Below, one piece after another: positions 10,113-19,900 of a DNA stretch of 63,331 bases (position 1 is the first letter of the stretch; each line of letters begins with the position of its first letter). The notes under the pieces were generated by a model. It worked only from the letters and a program-made list of their open reading frames with translations, was not told where the DNA came from and did no database searches. Both the position numbers and the translations under genes were made by a program. The DNA comes from a virus (taxonomy: Duplodnaviria; Caudoviricetes). The stretch covers positions 1 to 63,331 of the IMG/VR virus record IMGVR_UViG_3300021964_000059, one strand, 5' to 3'.

Positions 10113-10786
10113 GAGTAGATCCAAGGTCGCCCGGTCTTAATCTTGGAGACGATATTAGTGATCCCCATCTATATTTTAACAACCTAGATAAGTTAAACAT
10201 ATTGGGTGGGGGAAGTTATCCTATTCTGGAATCCTATTCTGAAAATACTATATTGTGGTCAGTTGGGTTATCTATTAAAAGTAAAGTCGAATACACAATC
10301 CACAAACTCCCATTCACTGTTGCTGGAATCAGAGATGAGTGTTTTGTTGATAAGTACCTTTTCCTTCCTTGTGTCAGTTGTATGAACAATGATATCACTA
10401 GTGAACCAGTGGGAAACGAGACTCTTTACTATTTAAATGCTTCACACCCAGTAAACCATCCTCATGCCCTATATAACAATTGTTCCCTAAATACCTTTTT
10501 AGATGCATGGAGACAAAGTGAAACTATTGTTACTAATAGTTATCATGGGATCTATTGGGCTCTGTTATCAAAGAGAAGGGTTATTCCGTTTGGATACTCT
10601 ACTAAATTTATCAGTGTGTTAAGAATGTTTGGACTAGAACTACCTACCAGCAACTTTTACGTTAAAGAAAAATCAGCTGATGTTTTGAATAAAATTGACT
10701 ATACAATTTTAGAATCCTCTGTTGATCGATTACAAGAGTTTAGAGATAGAAACAATGAATTTGCTGAGAAAGTTTTAAATGTATAA
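10109..10786 (+). CDS. Polysaccharide pyruvyl transferase family protein
   Basis: NLGD, ILGGG, WSVG, GIRD, PCVSC, VTNSYHGIYWALL motifs. Confidence 0.7.
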   Translation: MRVDPRSPGLNLGDDISDPHLYFNNLDKLNILGGGSYPILESYSENTILWSVGLSIKSKVEYTIHKLPFTVAGIRDECFVDKYLFLPCVSCMNNDITSEPVGNETLYYLNASHPVNHPHALYNNCSLNTFLDAWRQSETIVTNSYHGIYWALLSKRRVIPFGYSTKFISVLRMFGLELPTSNFYVKEKSADVLNKIDYTILESSVDRLQEFRDRNNEFAEKVLNV

Positions 10787-11822
10787 ACTAAACCGTTTGG
10801 ATATGGGATTAACAACTCGATGTAATGCTGCTTGTCCCCAATGCCCAAGAACAAATGCAGAAACTAATAAAGGATGGGATTGGCTTAAGCTTGAAGAACT
10901 GACCTTAGAAGATATTCAAAAGATTGTTCCCCCACAGTTTTTCAAAGACAACTTAATTTTAACAATTTCTATTTGTGGGGGATATGGAGATCCCCTGCTT
11001 GCATCCGAGTTATTTCCAATACTAGAATACTTTTTCCAATATGCTAACAAGGCTGATATCTTTATTGCAACCAACGGAGCTATGAAGAAACCTGTATCAT
11101 GGTGGCATCGTTTAGGAAAACTATTGGCGAAGGCTCCTCGTCGAGTAGAAGTTACATTTGGTTTAGATGGCATCAATCAAGAAATGCACGCTGCTTATAG
11201 AGTTCACACAGACTTTGATGTCGCATTAAGAAATGCTCAAATATTAAGAATGTACAATGTGGAGGTTTGCTGGCAATATATCATGTTTGATCACAATTAC
11301 GAATATGTCGATCAGGCTAGGGAAATGGCAAAAAAGTACCACTTCACAAGATTCAGTCCAATCACCTCAACCCGAACGCCAATTATGGATATAAGTCCAC
11401 CTAATGAGATCAAAGAGTTGTATACAACCAGAGGTGCTAGCTATAACCTGTTTACAAATAATGAAAATTATGATATAATTAAGTGTATCTCGGAGGAAGC
11501 CAGGGAAGTCCATATTCATTGTGATGGATATATTGTTCCCTGTTGTTTTTTGGATGAGAGATATTTTATGATGAAGTATAAGCGTGAACATATGAAAGTT
11601 CATGGGGTTCAGGAAAAGGATCTCATTGAACTCAAAGGGATTCCAGCTGTAGACGATATCTTTGAGTTATATGGGTCTGTGGATATTGAAATATTCAATG
11701 CAAAGGAAAGAGGCCTTCAAGCCGTCGTAGACGATCCTTGGTGGGACACATTCCTTGAAAAAAGAGATCAATTTAAAATTCACAAATGTAATGATATCTG
11801 CGGAAAATGTTCTACTGCTTAA
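10779..11822 (+). CDS. Radical SAM protein with SPASM/twitch-like domain
   Basis: CNAACPQC (CxxxCxxC), GGYGDP, TNG, C-terminal C...GYIVPCC...CNDIC. Confidence 0.85.
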   Translation: MYKLNRLDMGLTTRCNAACPQCPRTNAETNKGWDWLKLEELTLEDIQKIVPPQFFKDNLILTISICGGYGDPLLASELFPILEYFFQYANKADIFIATNGAMKKPVSWWHRLGKLLAKAPRRVEVTFGLDGINQEMHAAYRVHTDFDVALRNAQILRMYNVEVCWQYIMFDHNYEYVDQAREMAKKYHFTRFSPITSTRTPIMDISPPNEIKELYTTRGASYNLFTNNENYDIIKCISEEAREVHIHCDGYIVPCCFLDERYFMMKYKREHMKVHGVQEKDLIELKGIPAVDDIFELYGSVDIEIFNAKERGLQAVVDDPWWDTFLEKRDQFKIHKCNDICGKCSTA

Positions 11823-12385
11823 AAGTCGGTGATAAGTATACTGCCAATCATGTTAATCGTCTGAGAGATCATATTCCAGGGATCATGTGCTTAACTGATG
11901 ATCCCACTGGACTGAACGGTAATTATATGACTCTTCCTGATCTGCCTTTGCATGGTGTCTGGTGGAAAATGTATTTATTTCACTATAACTTTCCGCAGGG
12001 GACATTTCTTGATTTGGATATTGATATCAGAAAACCAATAGATGGAATTTTTAAACCGAAGAATGGTATGACCTTGCTTCGTACAGATTGGGAAGACTTG
12101 GATCAGTTGAATAAAAATACAATCGGGGACAGATACAAGTACTGTTCAATTAACTCTTCTGTTATGTCGTGGAGTACATGCACTCACCATATATGGAACG
12201 ATTTTATTAATAATTATGAAAAGATAATGAGTCTATTCAATGGAATTGATACGTACTTAGAACACAGACATATCAAAAGTCTATCATTCTTTGATGTTGG
12301 ACTAGTCGCATCGTATCGATGTAACCCAGATGCTGATGTTTATATTATGTCATATGATGGGGAAGGAAAACATGGATTTAACTAA
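11807..12385 (+). CDS. Putative glycosyltransferase (GT-A, GT8-like)
   Basis: CLKVGDKY, CLTDD, WWKMYLF, FLDLD (DxD), NSSVMSW. Confidence 0.7.
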   Translation: MFYCLKVGDKYTANHVNRLRDHIPGIMCLTDDPTGLNGNYMTLPDLPLHGVWWKMYLFHYNFPQGTFLDLDIDIRKPIDGIFKPKNGMTLLRTDWEDLDQLNKNTIGDRYKYCSINSSVMSWSTCTHHIWNDFINNYEKIMSLFNGIDTYLEHRHIKSLSFFDVGLVASYRCNPDADVYIMSYDGEGKHGFN

Positions 12386-13001
12386 TACGATGAAAAGGAT
12401 TCCAATCCCTTTTTGGGAATGGACTCGGATCATTCATTTATTATACCACGATTATCCTCACAGAGTCAAGGATTTTTCTCAATCATTTTCAAAAAACCAA
12501 GTGTATGCCAAATCGTGGTTAGTAGAAAGATTAATGATGCACAGCATCTGCAATGTAAAAGATAAAGAAGTGTGGATTCTTGGATCGTGGTATGGTACAA
12601 TTCTTGTATACCTATTATACAATAAAATTCCAAATATTAAAACAATTCATCTGGTGGATTATGATATGGAAGCTCTGAAGATAGCCAATGATCTTTTCAG
12701 AGATTACAATATTAAAACTCACCATTACGATATCAACTTCGATTGGCCAAAGATCAAAGGTGATATAATCATCAACACCTCTTGTGAACACATGTGGCCA
12801 ATGAAAGATTATAATTTTAATGGTCTGTGTGTATTCCAGTCTAATAATTTTAGAGAAGAACCAGCCCATATCAATTGTGTTGACTCCCTGGAAGAATTTG
12901 TTAAACAAACAGGAATAAGTCAAATAGACTATAAAGGTGAGATAGACTTTCATGAGTACGATAATTATCACAAACGATATATGATAATTGGAAGAAAATG
13001 A
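12372..13001 (+). CDS. Class I SAM-dependent methyltransferase-like protein
   Basis: ILGSWYG glycine motif, LVDYD, IINTSCEHM; ATG 12372 follows GAAGGA. Confidence 0.65.
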   Translation: MDLTNTMKRIPIPFWEWTRIIHLLYHDYPHRVKDFSQSFSKNQVYAKSWLVERLMMHSICNVKDKEVWILGSWYGTILVYLLYNKIPNIKTIHLVDYDMEALKIANDLFRDYNIKTHHYDINFDWPKIKGDIIINTSCEHMWPMKDYNFNGLCVFQSNNFREEPAHINCVDSLEEFVKQTGISQIDYKGEIDFHEYDNYHKRYMIIGRK

Positions 13002-13753
13002 TTCATGTAGTGTGTAGCAAGTGGGGAGACAAGTATCCAATCGAGTATGTCAACCGGTTGCATGATATGGTCGACAAATATCTTCCAAGTAGGTTTCAGT
13101 TTTATTGTCAAACCGATAATACGGATGGTATGCTCCCGTGGATTGAACACATCCCCTTCTCCAATGATTTACCAGAGAATGAACCGAAGTACACTAGAGA
13201 TACCTTATGGGATAGACCTAAACTAAACTACTTCAACCCTGATTTCCTTAAGAAGAATGATATTAAAATTGCCTTGGACCTGGATCTGATTATTCATAAT
13301 AGTATGAGACCTCTACTAGATTTGTTCAATGATAAACCAATCACTGGAAGATCATGGTGGCATAATATGGATTGGGAAAGAGAGCCTGAATGGAAAAGAA
13401 GATATGGTGCCAGAAATAATGGTGGTTTTTATATGTGGCAAGGTGAACAAACAAAACCGATATGGGACGATCTAGTGGAGAATTGGCAACGAATCTATTT
13501 TTGTTTTCGGGGTGGATCTGACAACTTTATTACAACCCGACATCTTGATTTATTTGATTTTGTTCCTTCATCGATGTATTATTCTTTTAACAGAGGGTGT
13601 CAGTGGCCACATGATATTAGTAAGCATATAGTAAGAGGAGATAAAATAATCTGCCTATTTAATACAGATCCAGGTGACCCAACCAATCTTGACATTCATG
13701 ATGCTATTAAACTTTATCCTCAGGTAGAGAAGTTGTGGAAATTAGAGCAGTAA
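12998..13753 (+). CDS. Putative glycosyltransferase (GT-A, GT8-like)
   Basis: VCSKWGDKY...YVNRL, CQTDN, LDLD, NGGFYMW; paralog of 11807 ORF. Confidence 0.7.
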   Translation: MIHVVCSKWGDKYPIEYVNRLHDMVDKYLPSRFQFYCQTDNTDGMLPWIEHIPFSNDLPENEPKYTRDTLWDRPKLNYFNPDFLKKNDIKIALDLDLIIHNSMRPLLDLFNDKPITGRSWWHNMDWEREPEWKRRYGARNNGGFYMWQGEQTKPIWDDLVENWQRIYFCFRGGSDNFITTRHLDLFDFVPSSMYYSFNRGCQWPHDISKHIVRGDKIICLFNTDPGDPTNLDIHDAIKLYPQVEKLWKLEQ

Positions 13754-14367
13754 GAATTGGAAACAGGTATGGACCTGAATACGAGGATTACCTTAAAAGC
13801 AAATTGCCTGAGATAAAGTTCTTAAACGAACAACAAAATAATCTGTGGTTGCAGTGGAATAAGTTAAACTTTTTTGCACTGGACTATAATGAACCAATAT
13901 GCGTCATTGACATTGATATCCTTTTGATTAATGATTATATAGAGATTTTCAACTATCCAATAGAGCGCGGTGAGTTTTTGACGGTCAAGCAGTGGTGGGA
14001 TCCTGAAGCAGCAACAGAACTCAATGGGGTGTTCTACAAATTTTATCCAAGCGACACAAAATACATCTTTGATAAACTTATCGAGTCACCAAGATATTGG
14101 ATGGAATATTTTATTAAGAATAAAATCAAACCGGGCCCAATTAATGGGGAGGAGAACTTTGTTGAGATGATGGCTAAGAAGAGATTGAAAATCAAGTACT
14201 TACCGGAAACATGGTGTTGCAGAATGAGTAATAATAAAGAGTTCAAAGCCAAGATTAATGCTTTGTCCCCTTTACCATATGTTCACTTAGACAAGTATCA
14301 TCCTGATATAAAATTAGTCCATTTCAGCGACGTTAACAATCATATCGATCACAGCAGCCAACTCTAA
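13735..14367 (+). CDS. Putative glycosyltransferase (GT-A, GT8-like)
   Basis: VRIGNRYG, WNKLNFF, IDID, NGVFYKF, GEENFV, LVHF. Confidence 0.7.
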   Translation: MEIRAVRIGNRYGPEYEDYLKSKLPEIKFLNEQQNNLWLQWNKLNFFALDYNEPICVIDIDILLINDYIEIFNYPIERGEFLTVKQWWDPEAATELNGVFYKFYPSDTKYIFDKLIESPRYWMEYFIKNKIKPGPINGEENFVEMMAKKRLKIKYLPETWCCRMSNNKEFKAKINALSPLPYVHLDKYHPDIKLVHFSDVNNHIDHSSQL

Positions 14368-14805
14368 TGGAGTTTCTGCTAGTCTGACTAATTCTTTATT
14401 GTCATCTGAGGCCTCAGAGATTCTTTCATCCTCAAATGCATTAATTTTTAGACCAAATAAAATTTCCGAGTGCTTATCATTATTCGGGTCATAATCCATG
14501 AATAAAGCAGAGATTTTGTCGACAAGGTCGCTGTAGTCATCTTCTTGAGCTTCTGTGTTCTGTCCGTATTTAGTAAACAGCTTCGAAAGAACATCCTCAT
14601 ACCCCCTGACTCTATCAGTTGTTTGGGCTTCAATGTCATCAATTGTTACAATCTCTAACAGTTGTTGAAACTGGACGTCCTCAGGATTGACCTCGATATA
14701 ATATGGTCTATTGACACCATCATCGCCCGTGTATACAACTTCTACTACATTTCTTTCGTTACCGCTGAATGCAGCACTAACAATATTGTCTTTGTTAAAT
14801 TCCAT
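14314..14805 (-). CDS. Hypothetical acidic protein (possible fibre assembly chaperone)
   Basis: 163 aa, last gene of minus-strand structural operon; overlaps the converging GT gene by 54 bp. Confidence 0.55.
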   Translation of the reverse strand: MEFNKDNIVSAAFSGNERNVVEVVYTGDDGVNRPYYIEVNPEDVQFQQLLEIVTIDDIEAQTTDRVRGYEDVLSKLFTKYGQNTEAQEDDYSDLVDKISALFMDYDPNNDKHSEILFGLKINAFEDERISEASDDNKELVRLAETPLELAAVIDMIVNVAEMD

Positions 14806-14807
14806 AA

Positions 14808-15743
14808 TTACACCTGATTAATCTTTAAGAAATATGTATCTGCCGTTGAAGGCGTACCCGTTACAAATTGTTGTCTTGCATATGAATTTACATTAGCCTT
14901 GTAGTAATATTCTGTAAATGTTACATCGGTAAGAATGGTATTTGCCATCCCTGTTCCTCTATTATTTCCAGATCCATTAATGTTATATGTAATTTGATAA
15001 CCTGTTTCATTTGTTGTCGCATATCTAATAGCATTCTGCAAAACATTATCAAAATTCGTTCCACCAAACCTTTGAATGTTACCGCTTGATAAAGCAAGCA
15101 TCGGTCTTTCTATTGTTGTTTCCACACCATTAATTCTATGCAAATAATAGTTTGTAATCGTTTCTGGTTGATCGGGTGTCTCTGGAATCCCAGTTCTTGT
15201 AAACGCATCCTGATCAATTCTTGTATCCCTGAATACTGGATTAGCATTAACCAATGTGCTTCCATCGACGGATGTGCTTGTTGAGATAAAATATGTTCCG
15301 CCTTGTTGAGCTCCTGTTGAACCAACTGTTAATGTGGAGACGGCGGGAAAGACAAATGTGTCATAGAAATCAGCAATTGTCATCGCACGGAGATCATTAC
15401 TACCATCTTTATATAAAGGTAGAGAAATATTGTCTGTATTTGTAATCTGACTAACACTGGCACTTGATTGATCAATTTTATCCCATGATATTGATGTCGT
15501 CGTTGGATCAGCCGATGAACCAGCCCCTGGATCTGATGTAGCGGATACATTAGCCACACCAGCCTTATATCTCGTATCACTTATTGCATCCAAACTACCA
15601 GTATCGGAAACATAATCTAATGTTACAGACGGATTAAGAGAATACAAGTAACGAGCTCTGGCCTGAACATTCTCAACATCACTAGTGGACATTTCTCTAA
15701 TTTGTCCACCACTTGTAACATAAACTGGATTTCTTACGGCCAT
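14808..15743 (-). CDS. Virion structural protein (hypothetical)
   Basis: 311 aa S/T/G-rich with three related P-x(5-7)-G-x-I/L-R/Q segments; in tail operon. Confidence 0.6.
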   Translation of the reverse strand: MAVRNPVYVTSGGQIREMSTSDVENVQARARYLYSLNPSVTLDYVSDTGSLDAISDTRYKAGVANVSATSDPGAGSSADPTTTSISWDKIDQSSASVSQITNTDNISLPLYKDGSNDLRAMTIADFYDTFVFPAVSTLTVGSTGAQQGGTYFISTSTSVDGSTLVNANPVFRDTRIDQDAFTRTGIPETPDQPETITNYYLHRINGVETTIERPMLALSSGNIQRFGGTNFDNVLQNAIRYATTNETGYQITYNINGSGNNRGTGMANTILTDVTFTEYYYKANVNSYARQQFVTGTPSTADTYFLKINQV

Positions 15744-15744
15744 A

Positions 15745-16233
15745 CTATGAACCTGGACTATAAAGAGTTTTCAATACTGAGCCATCAGAGGCTAGAATAT
15801 TTAATGTTACTCTGTTTGCAAATTTGGATGAGGTAAGACTACTGTCCAAAATCATTGCATTTGTTATCACACCATTAGTTACAGAAAACCTTCCTGCAGT
15901 GGAGTCATATGTGACACCAGGGCCACTTACAAAATGAGCTCTGGTTTCAGCTGCAGATGGGCCCGTATACGTTATTACACCTGTATCTGAGTCATAACTA
16001 ACAGATCCATCCCCACTAGCATTAATAATAGAAATTGCACTACGAGCAATACCAACTATGTCAGCGGAATCATCAAAATCAGCAAGTAATGTTTTAAGAG
16101 TATTGATGGCAGATACAACATCAGAGTCACCTGTCAGCAATGTGGATACATCTCCAACATTACCAGATATCTCGTTAATTTTTCTAACATGAGATACAAA
16201 ATTATCAGATAAGTTTATAGTTGTAATTGCCAT
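15745..16233 (-). CDS. Short fibre-like virion protein (paralog A)
   Basis: MAITTINLSD...YTGPSAAETRAHF...DGSVLKTLYSP. Confidence 0.6.
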   Translation of the reverse strand: MAITTINLSDNFVSHVRKINEISGNVGDVSTLLTGDSDVVSAINTLKTLLADFDDSADIVGIARSAISIINASGDGSVSYDSDTGVITYTGPSAAETRAHFVSGPGVTYDSTAGRFSVTNGVITNAMILDSSLTSSKFANRVTLNILASDGSVLKTLYSPGS

Positions 16234-16244
16234 TTTTATCCTCG

Positions 16245-16727
16245 TTACAGCTTAGGGCTATTGATGGTTTTGATTACCGACCCATCACTATCAAATATCG
16301 TGAAACTTTCCGCGGAGTCTAATTTTACCAACGTGAATGATCCATCTGCAAATCCTGCATTGGCAATAGGATTACTTGAATCTAATAATAAAGCCCCAGC
16401 CGAAAATTCTAAACCAATACCAGTAACTAACTCAGCTCTGACTTCACCAGCACTAGCCCCAGTATATGTTATTGCTCCTGATCCATCAGTATATACAATT
16501 GTTCCATTGTTGCTAGAGGTTGCACTGAAAGCAGATGTTCTAATTAACTCGAACTGTTCAGCTGATTCATTGAATCTAATCAACCTATTATAATAACGAT
16601 TAATAGCATCAACAGTGTTGCTGTCGCCAACGACTAACTCTACGTCTCCTAAATCGGTAGAAATCGAGTTTACGTCCTCGACAACTTTCCCTAAAGAGTC
16701 AGTTATACTAACTGTTGTTATTGCCAT
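16245..16727 (-). CDS. Short fibre-like virion protein (paralog B)
   Basis: MAITTVSITD...YTGASAGEVRAEL...DGSVIKTINSP; colinear with 15745 ORF. Confidence 0.6.
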   Translation of the reverse strand: MAITTVSITDSLGKVVEDVNSISTDLGDVELVVGDSNTVDAINRYYNRLIRFNESAEQFELIRTSAFSATSSNNGTIVYTDGSGAITYTGASAGEVRAELVTGIGLEFSAGALLLDSSNPIANAGFADGSFTLVKLDSAESFTIFDSDGSVIKTINSPKL

Positions 16728-16947
16728 TGACTAATTGCACCAACAAATCTTTGATTTCCTTTATCTCACTTTTAAGATCCTCGACCTCATCAGCAAGTAC
16801 CAGCTGTTGTTCTTTTTGCTGCCTCATTAACTGTTTTCTCTTTCGGGCAGCTTCAATTTCAGCTTTATTTGTATTGATAACAACATTTGTTTCAACATCT
16901 CTTACATAACCCGAAAGATTTTCCACTTCCTTATACTGCAAGTGCAA
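16708..16947 (-). CDS. Small coiled-coil hypothetical protein
   Basis: RDVETNVVINTN...EVEDLKSEIKEIKDLL, of the type that follows the large structural gene in T4-like marine phages. Confidence 0.65.
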   Translation of the reverse strand: MHLQYKEVENLSGYVRDVETNVVINTNKAEIEAARKRKQLMRQQKEQQLVLADEVEDLKSEIKEIKDLLVQLVNGNNNS

Positions 16948-19900
16948 TGGCCCTCAAGTCCTTCAATACTGGAATGTATGAAGTACTTGTGGATTCCATT
17001 ACAATCTTAATCTGGAATGATGTGAATGCTGGCAATTGACCACCTTCACCACCAATCAAGTACTCATACTCTCTGAACACTAATACCTCATCAGAAGGTA
17101 CAGTAGTTGTAGCGCTAGCGAGCTGCCAACTAGTATCTCTAATTGTTTCAGCATTAGTTGAAGTTCTATAGTATACCTTGAAGTTACCTGCAGATGGTCT
17201 GTATGCTGCAAAGAACAACTTAATACCAACTGCCTCTTCTGCCAACGTTGCAACTGTTGTAATGTGCTTCGAAGCAGATGAACCATTGTATGGATCGGTT
17301 TCATCGACAATTGAAATTGGCACATTGAAACCAGAAGTTGAAGATGAATCTTGCTTATCAATTGAGTTTTCAATAAATGTCATCGAAGCTCTTTGAAGAT
17401 CCAGAATTGGTGATACTTTAGTATCACTTGTCGACAATGTCAACTTAATTGTAGCCGCATCAGCAACTTGGTTCTTTGAGTTGGGGATTAACTTAGGAGC
17501 CTGCGTTCCATTGACCTCATTGATAATAATAGGGGTGAAAGAAGAGGCCACACTATAAGCAGAATTTGTTGCTTCATTACGATCACTGGCCCAAGAAGCC
17601 CCACTGGTCAACTTAATGTTACCAGAGATACCTGTATTGTTAGGTGTCAAGGTTTGTACTGAAGTGAAGAACTCATTAAACATAAATTGCTGAGTAGCCT
17701 TGACGTTTGTTCCACCTGTCCGAATCGATCCAGTAGCTGCTGAATCAGCTGCAAAGGTGTAACCAGTCCAGTCTGTATTAACAACTGTTCTATCACCAAG
17801 TATCGAAGCGCCAGAGATTCCTGCATATGTTGATCCTGAATCTAAGCCATACAAAGCGACTGTATCATTCTTAACAAATCCGTGACCTTCATGGAACACA
17901 CGAATTGTAGTAGAACCCGAATCAGTTAGAATTGGATCACTACCAAGTAAATACAAAGATGGTTGTGCATTGGTTAGGTAAGCATCACCTGAGCTACTAA
18001 ATTCAGCACGATTAATTCTAAACATCAAATCTCTGTTCTGATCTGGTGTCCAAGTAGTACCGTTTTGCGATCTATACAATGAACCAAGAGTTGGTTGCTT
18101 CGATACTCTCGCGTCTGTTGATCCAAGAACAAAATCATATGTCTTGGCAACATAAACTGTATAGTCTGTTGTCTCTGCTGCTACAACAATTGCATACTCT
18201 TGGCCAGGTGCCAGATAAATTGGCTCGTCAAATGTAAATGTTGTTGGAGCTGCCCTTACGCTAGCGATATCTTCTAAATCCCCTGGAATTGATACTTCTG
18301 AAGGGGATAGATACTTAACTGCACCCGGAATTGGATACGCTAAAGGTGTACCATTCTCCACTCCGCGAATTTGAACCTGTACAGGTTGCCCGCCAGTTTG
18401 AGCTTTCGTTCTAAAGAATATGTCGACACTTGTTACAAAGATGCCCGAAGGATTCTCTGTCTGTGATACAAAGAACGATTGAGCAAGCGGGTCCCAGAAA
18501 CAGAACACTGACTTCTTCTTAACAATAACAGTTTGAACATCAATCTCTCGTGTTACTTTAAGTGTTCTTTCTCTTACTTCAAGAACACCTGTTGAGGTAA
18601 AGATATCTTGACATAACGAGGTTGCGTTGTCCTCATTATCAGCCGTAATATCAAGAAGCTTAAGAATCTTTGATCCAGTCCTAAATTTAATTGCATTAGT
18701 AGAAGGAATGAAGAATGATCCCTCAATTCTGCCTTCAGCATCTGAGATTAAAGAACTCTTGCCTTCAGGATGCTCAGTTGCCTTTTGATAAACATTACCA
18801 AAATCTTCAGTAGTAGAACTGTATCTGACAAAGGATTCCTCGCGAACCCAATCAGCAACACTGACACCATTAAAGAAGGCAAAGTGCTCTGTATTCGGTT
18901 TTAACCCTTGAGCCTTGAAGTAAACTTTCTTCGATCTCATGTAAGGAATGAGGAATGTTTCAAGTACTCTGTTACCAACTTGTTCAATGATAACATCATC
19001 TCTAACTACAGCTTCATTTGAGGCAATCGATACACTTGGTTGATCATCAATCAAAGAGTTCACCGCGCCCGCCGTAGCAGCACCTGCAGCTGCAAGACTG
19101 GCTGCAGTGAGATAGTTACCTGCCATTAACTGACCGATTGCAGTCGTCGAAAGTGAGAATCCGGTTGCTGCAGCACCACCGGTTGCAGCTGCTCCGGCAG
19201 TAGTACCAAGTAGACCAAATCCGCCTGTGGCTGCTCCTACAACTAGTGCAGCTGCAATACCGAACCAACCACCAAATGTTCTTTGAGTAACTGTTCGTGT
19301 ACCTACATTTCTCTTCTTAACACCGCCATCAATTAGAACATCTGGTAAAAATGCTTGTTCAATCCAGTCGTCTGAGGCGGGTGAAAGCTGAAGTGTGCCA
19401 GTGTTAATAATAACTTCAAATGGGTTAACATTAAGAGCCTCATTACACAAATTCTGATATGAGAACTGAGTTTCTGTATACGGAAGAGTAACAAGATCCC
19501 CTGTCTTATTAGTTGTTTGACTGACGTCAGCTGAATCGAAGAACAACCGTACATTACCATAGTAAATGGCTGGTGTAATAACTTTAGCAGATGGATCCAA
19601 AGCAGCTCTGTAGCTGACGTTATCCACATCAGAGAAAACAAAGTCCTTGAAGTTGTCCGCAAAGAATCCAGACTTTGTTCTTTGTAATCCGTTTGAATCG
19701 AGTACCGATAGCGTGGATGTATTTAACTCGAGTAGACTCAACGAGGTAACATCCGCTAATTTGTTTATCCTCTTTTCTAAATTACCAATGTCTTGCATTG
19801 TGTATCTTTTGTTAGGAATAAACGAGAGGCCCACATCAGAATCACTTAATGTATAAGCTGGAAGGGTTATATTGTAAAGTGGCATCGCTCCAGATGGTGT

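Noticed and set aside
9510-11822. Complete 7-deazaguanine DNA modification system
   Set aside because: No folE, queD or dpdA in the window, and the radical SAM looks SPASM-type rather than QueE; cannot be excluded for the rest of the genome.
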